DNA of 63,645 nucleotides, counting the filler, from Octopus bimaculoides (taxonomy: Eukaryota): NCBI RefSeq assembly GCF_001194135.2. It is 7 parts of 5 records of this genome, joined end to end, with 100 filler letters (N's around TTAATTAATTAA, not from the genome) between each part and the next. Parts side by side here need not be neighbours in the genome. Positions count along the whole stretch, not along the records: positions 54,106 to 63,645 come from NC_068981.1; 6 more parts are not named here. One strand, 5' to 3'. Below are positions 61,589 through 63,645 of the stretch, in pieces (the first letter of the stretch is position 1; every line of letters starts with the position of its first letter). A program made the position numbers and the translations under genes. The notes under the pieces were generated by a model. That model had not been told where the DNA came from. It did no database searches and saw nothing but the letters and a program-made list of their open reading frames with translations.

Positions 61589-62802
61589 TAAGGCAATAAT
61601 GCACTGTGATTCATTTCATTTTTTTCGTTTCACTGACTTCACTGTTTTTAGAAGTTGAGATTGAAAGTTATGGATCTACTCCAGACAGTAAAGAAGAGCA
61701 CACATAAGTAGTATATGTGTAATTTGCGCAACGAAGGATGGGAATCCTTCGGTGTATAAGTAGAAAACGCAGAGAGAGAATGTAACACGACTTCAGCGTG
61801 GCTGAGAGACTTTATGCTTGTCAGACTGCTGATTATTTTCTGGATGTATTTTGGTGCGCTAGTTGTGTGCAGCTGCAGTATTTTCCCATATGTGAGAGCA
61901 ACACTTTAATCTGTCCCTCACCTGATCTTCGTACAGTTTCAATAACTGCTGGGAAAGGAATTATATTCTGGAAGTGTAAAGAAGCGTCAGTCTTAGCTGT
62001 ACGTTCGCAGCTATGGCAATGCCGAGTTTTCACAAGAAATATGCTTCATAATAGTGAGATAAAACGAGTTACATCAAATGTAGAGTTGTAGCTGATTGCT
62101 GTTCGTGTCTTAGGATGTGCCAATGGTGTTACCTTAGTAAAACTATCTTTTTCTGGCAGCTGAAAGAGACATGATTAACAAACAGTCACTGAAGGGTGTT
62201 TCGTAAGTTTCTATTTACTTAGTGAATATGTGTTTGATGTGTGGTATCTTGGTTGTGAGGAATAAAATACAGCGAAGAAGTGACAGAGAGCAAAACGTGT
62301 CCTGGCATCAGTTAGTGTGTTGATGTTAAAATGTGGAGAGTGTATATTTCACTATCATGTGGGTTAATGACGTTGGGGCTTGGTGTTTTTTTTATAGAGG
62401 TAAGGGATATAACAATCTTTTAACCACCAGAAGTATAAAGAAAGCAGCAAGTAAATTAAGTACCTAAGAAAAGACGCTAACAGTACAAACGACGCTAACA
62501 GTTCAAAAGAAAATACTTGCAGCGTGCAAAACAATGAACTGCTAAATTTTCTACTACCAAAAAGAATGTTTGTAGAGATCTCGTCAGAGACATATTTAGC
62601 AGTCTGATGGTGTCCAAACCGTTTCTTGGATTCCAAATTAGTGGTTTTTCACTATCTGTGTAACCATAATAAATATGAAAATATAAAACCCAAATACACA
62701 GACACACACACAAACATACATACACGCACACTAACACATCACAAACACACACGCACACACACATATATATTGTGTGTATACAAATATATGTGTGCGTGTT
62801 GA

Positions 62803-62883
<81 letters not shown>

Positions 62884-63582
62884 GATAGATAGATAGATAG
62901 ATAGATAAGTGGGACATACAGACATAGATACACACAGAGATTTAATTCACCGTTAATTGAAATTTTATAGTCTGTCAGTAGCTGTCGAATTTGTTTACTT
63001 ACGTGTTGTTTGCATATATAATCAGACCGAAACACAAAATTTTATTTCAGAAATATCAAAGTGATTTTTAATTGATAGCTTTCACGTAAATTGATTTCAA
63101 AATATTTACAATATAAAAACTATTTAGATTTTAATCTATTAAATATCTTATCTTCTAATATATATGAGTAATTACGATCATGCATACATATATGCAAATA
63201 CATACTTACACGAACACGAGCGCGGATAGGCGTAAACAATTATACACAGGCATTCACGCACACTCATACACACACATTCACGCGAAGTATTTCATATTAT
63301 GATAACTTTTTCAAAAATATTACATTACTTTATTGTATTGGCATTCTTATGTCATAACATGAAAACTAAAACATATTTTGCCACCATAAAACCTAATTCA
63401 AATTAAGAGATACATACCGAAATTATCCGAGGCTGCACTGACTGTGCATCCATAGAAAGACAATATGTATGTACGCATGTATGTATGTAAGGATATATGC
63501 ATATATACATACATGTATATGTACATATATCTATATTATGTGTGTATATATATAAACATATATGCGTATGTATACTTATATA

Positions 63583-63645
<63 letters not shown>

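Noticed and set aside
61660-62640. Possible LINE ORF1 remnant on the minus strand (HCHSCERTAK...; similar doubts for 47200-47830 on plus)
   Set aside because: Too fragmentary to assign without a profile search.

Overview
This is AT-rich eukaryotic DNA dominated by repeats and (TA/CA/AAT/CTAT/GAAA)n microsatellites, with many N gaps. The SINE and LINE families look like those of a coleoid cephalopod, most likely Octopus (inference from family recognition, not a database hit). I cannot support any host protein-coding gene; there is only one weak candidate exon. Six gaps are artificial 100-nt joins (44 N + TTAATTAATTAA + 44 N), so continuity across them is unproven. The mobile elements are: more than 10 fragments of R4/Dong-like RLE non-LTR retroelements sitting in (AAT)n runs (clusters at 6-16.6 kb and 54-58.8 kb); a decayed Penelope-like element (RT + GIY-YIG, 39.7-42.7 kb) plus a second fragment; RTE and CR1/L2 fragments; three Tc1/mariner-type relics; a foldback MITE; a Helitron-like end; and at least four tRNA-derived SINE families. 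The most interesting signal is a set of small non-coding elements carrying minimal type-I hammerhead ribozyme (HHR) folds of the Penelope type. They are a tRNA-headed SINE with an HHR tail (21.66-22.03 kb), a 363-nt terminally repeated retrozyme-like unit (22.64-23.02 kb), an inverted pair (4.7/5.2 kb) and a pLTR-like relic (28.4 kb). Together they suggest a Penelope-dependent guild of ribozyme-bearing parasites. Most of these copies are decayed, so catalytic activity is untested.
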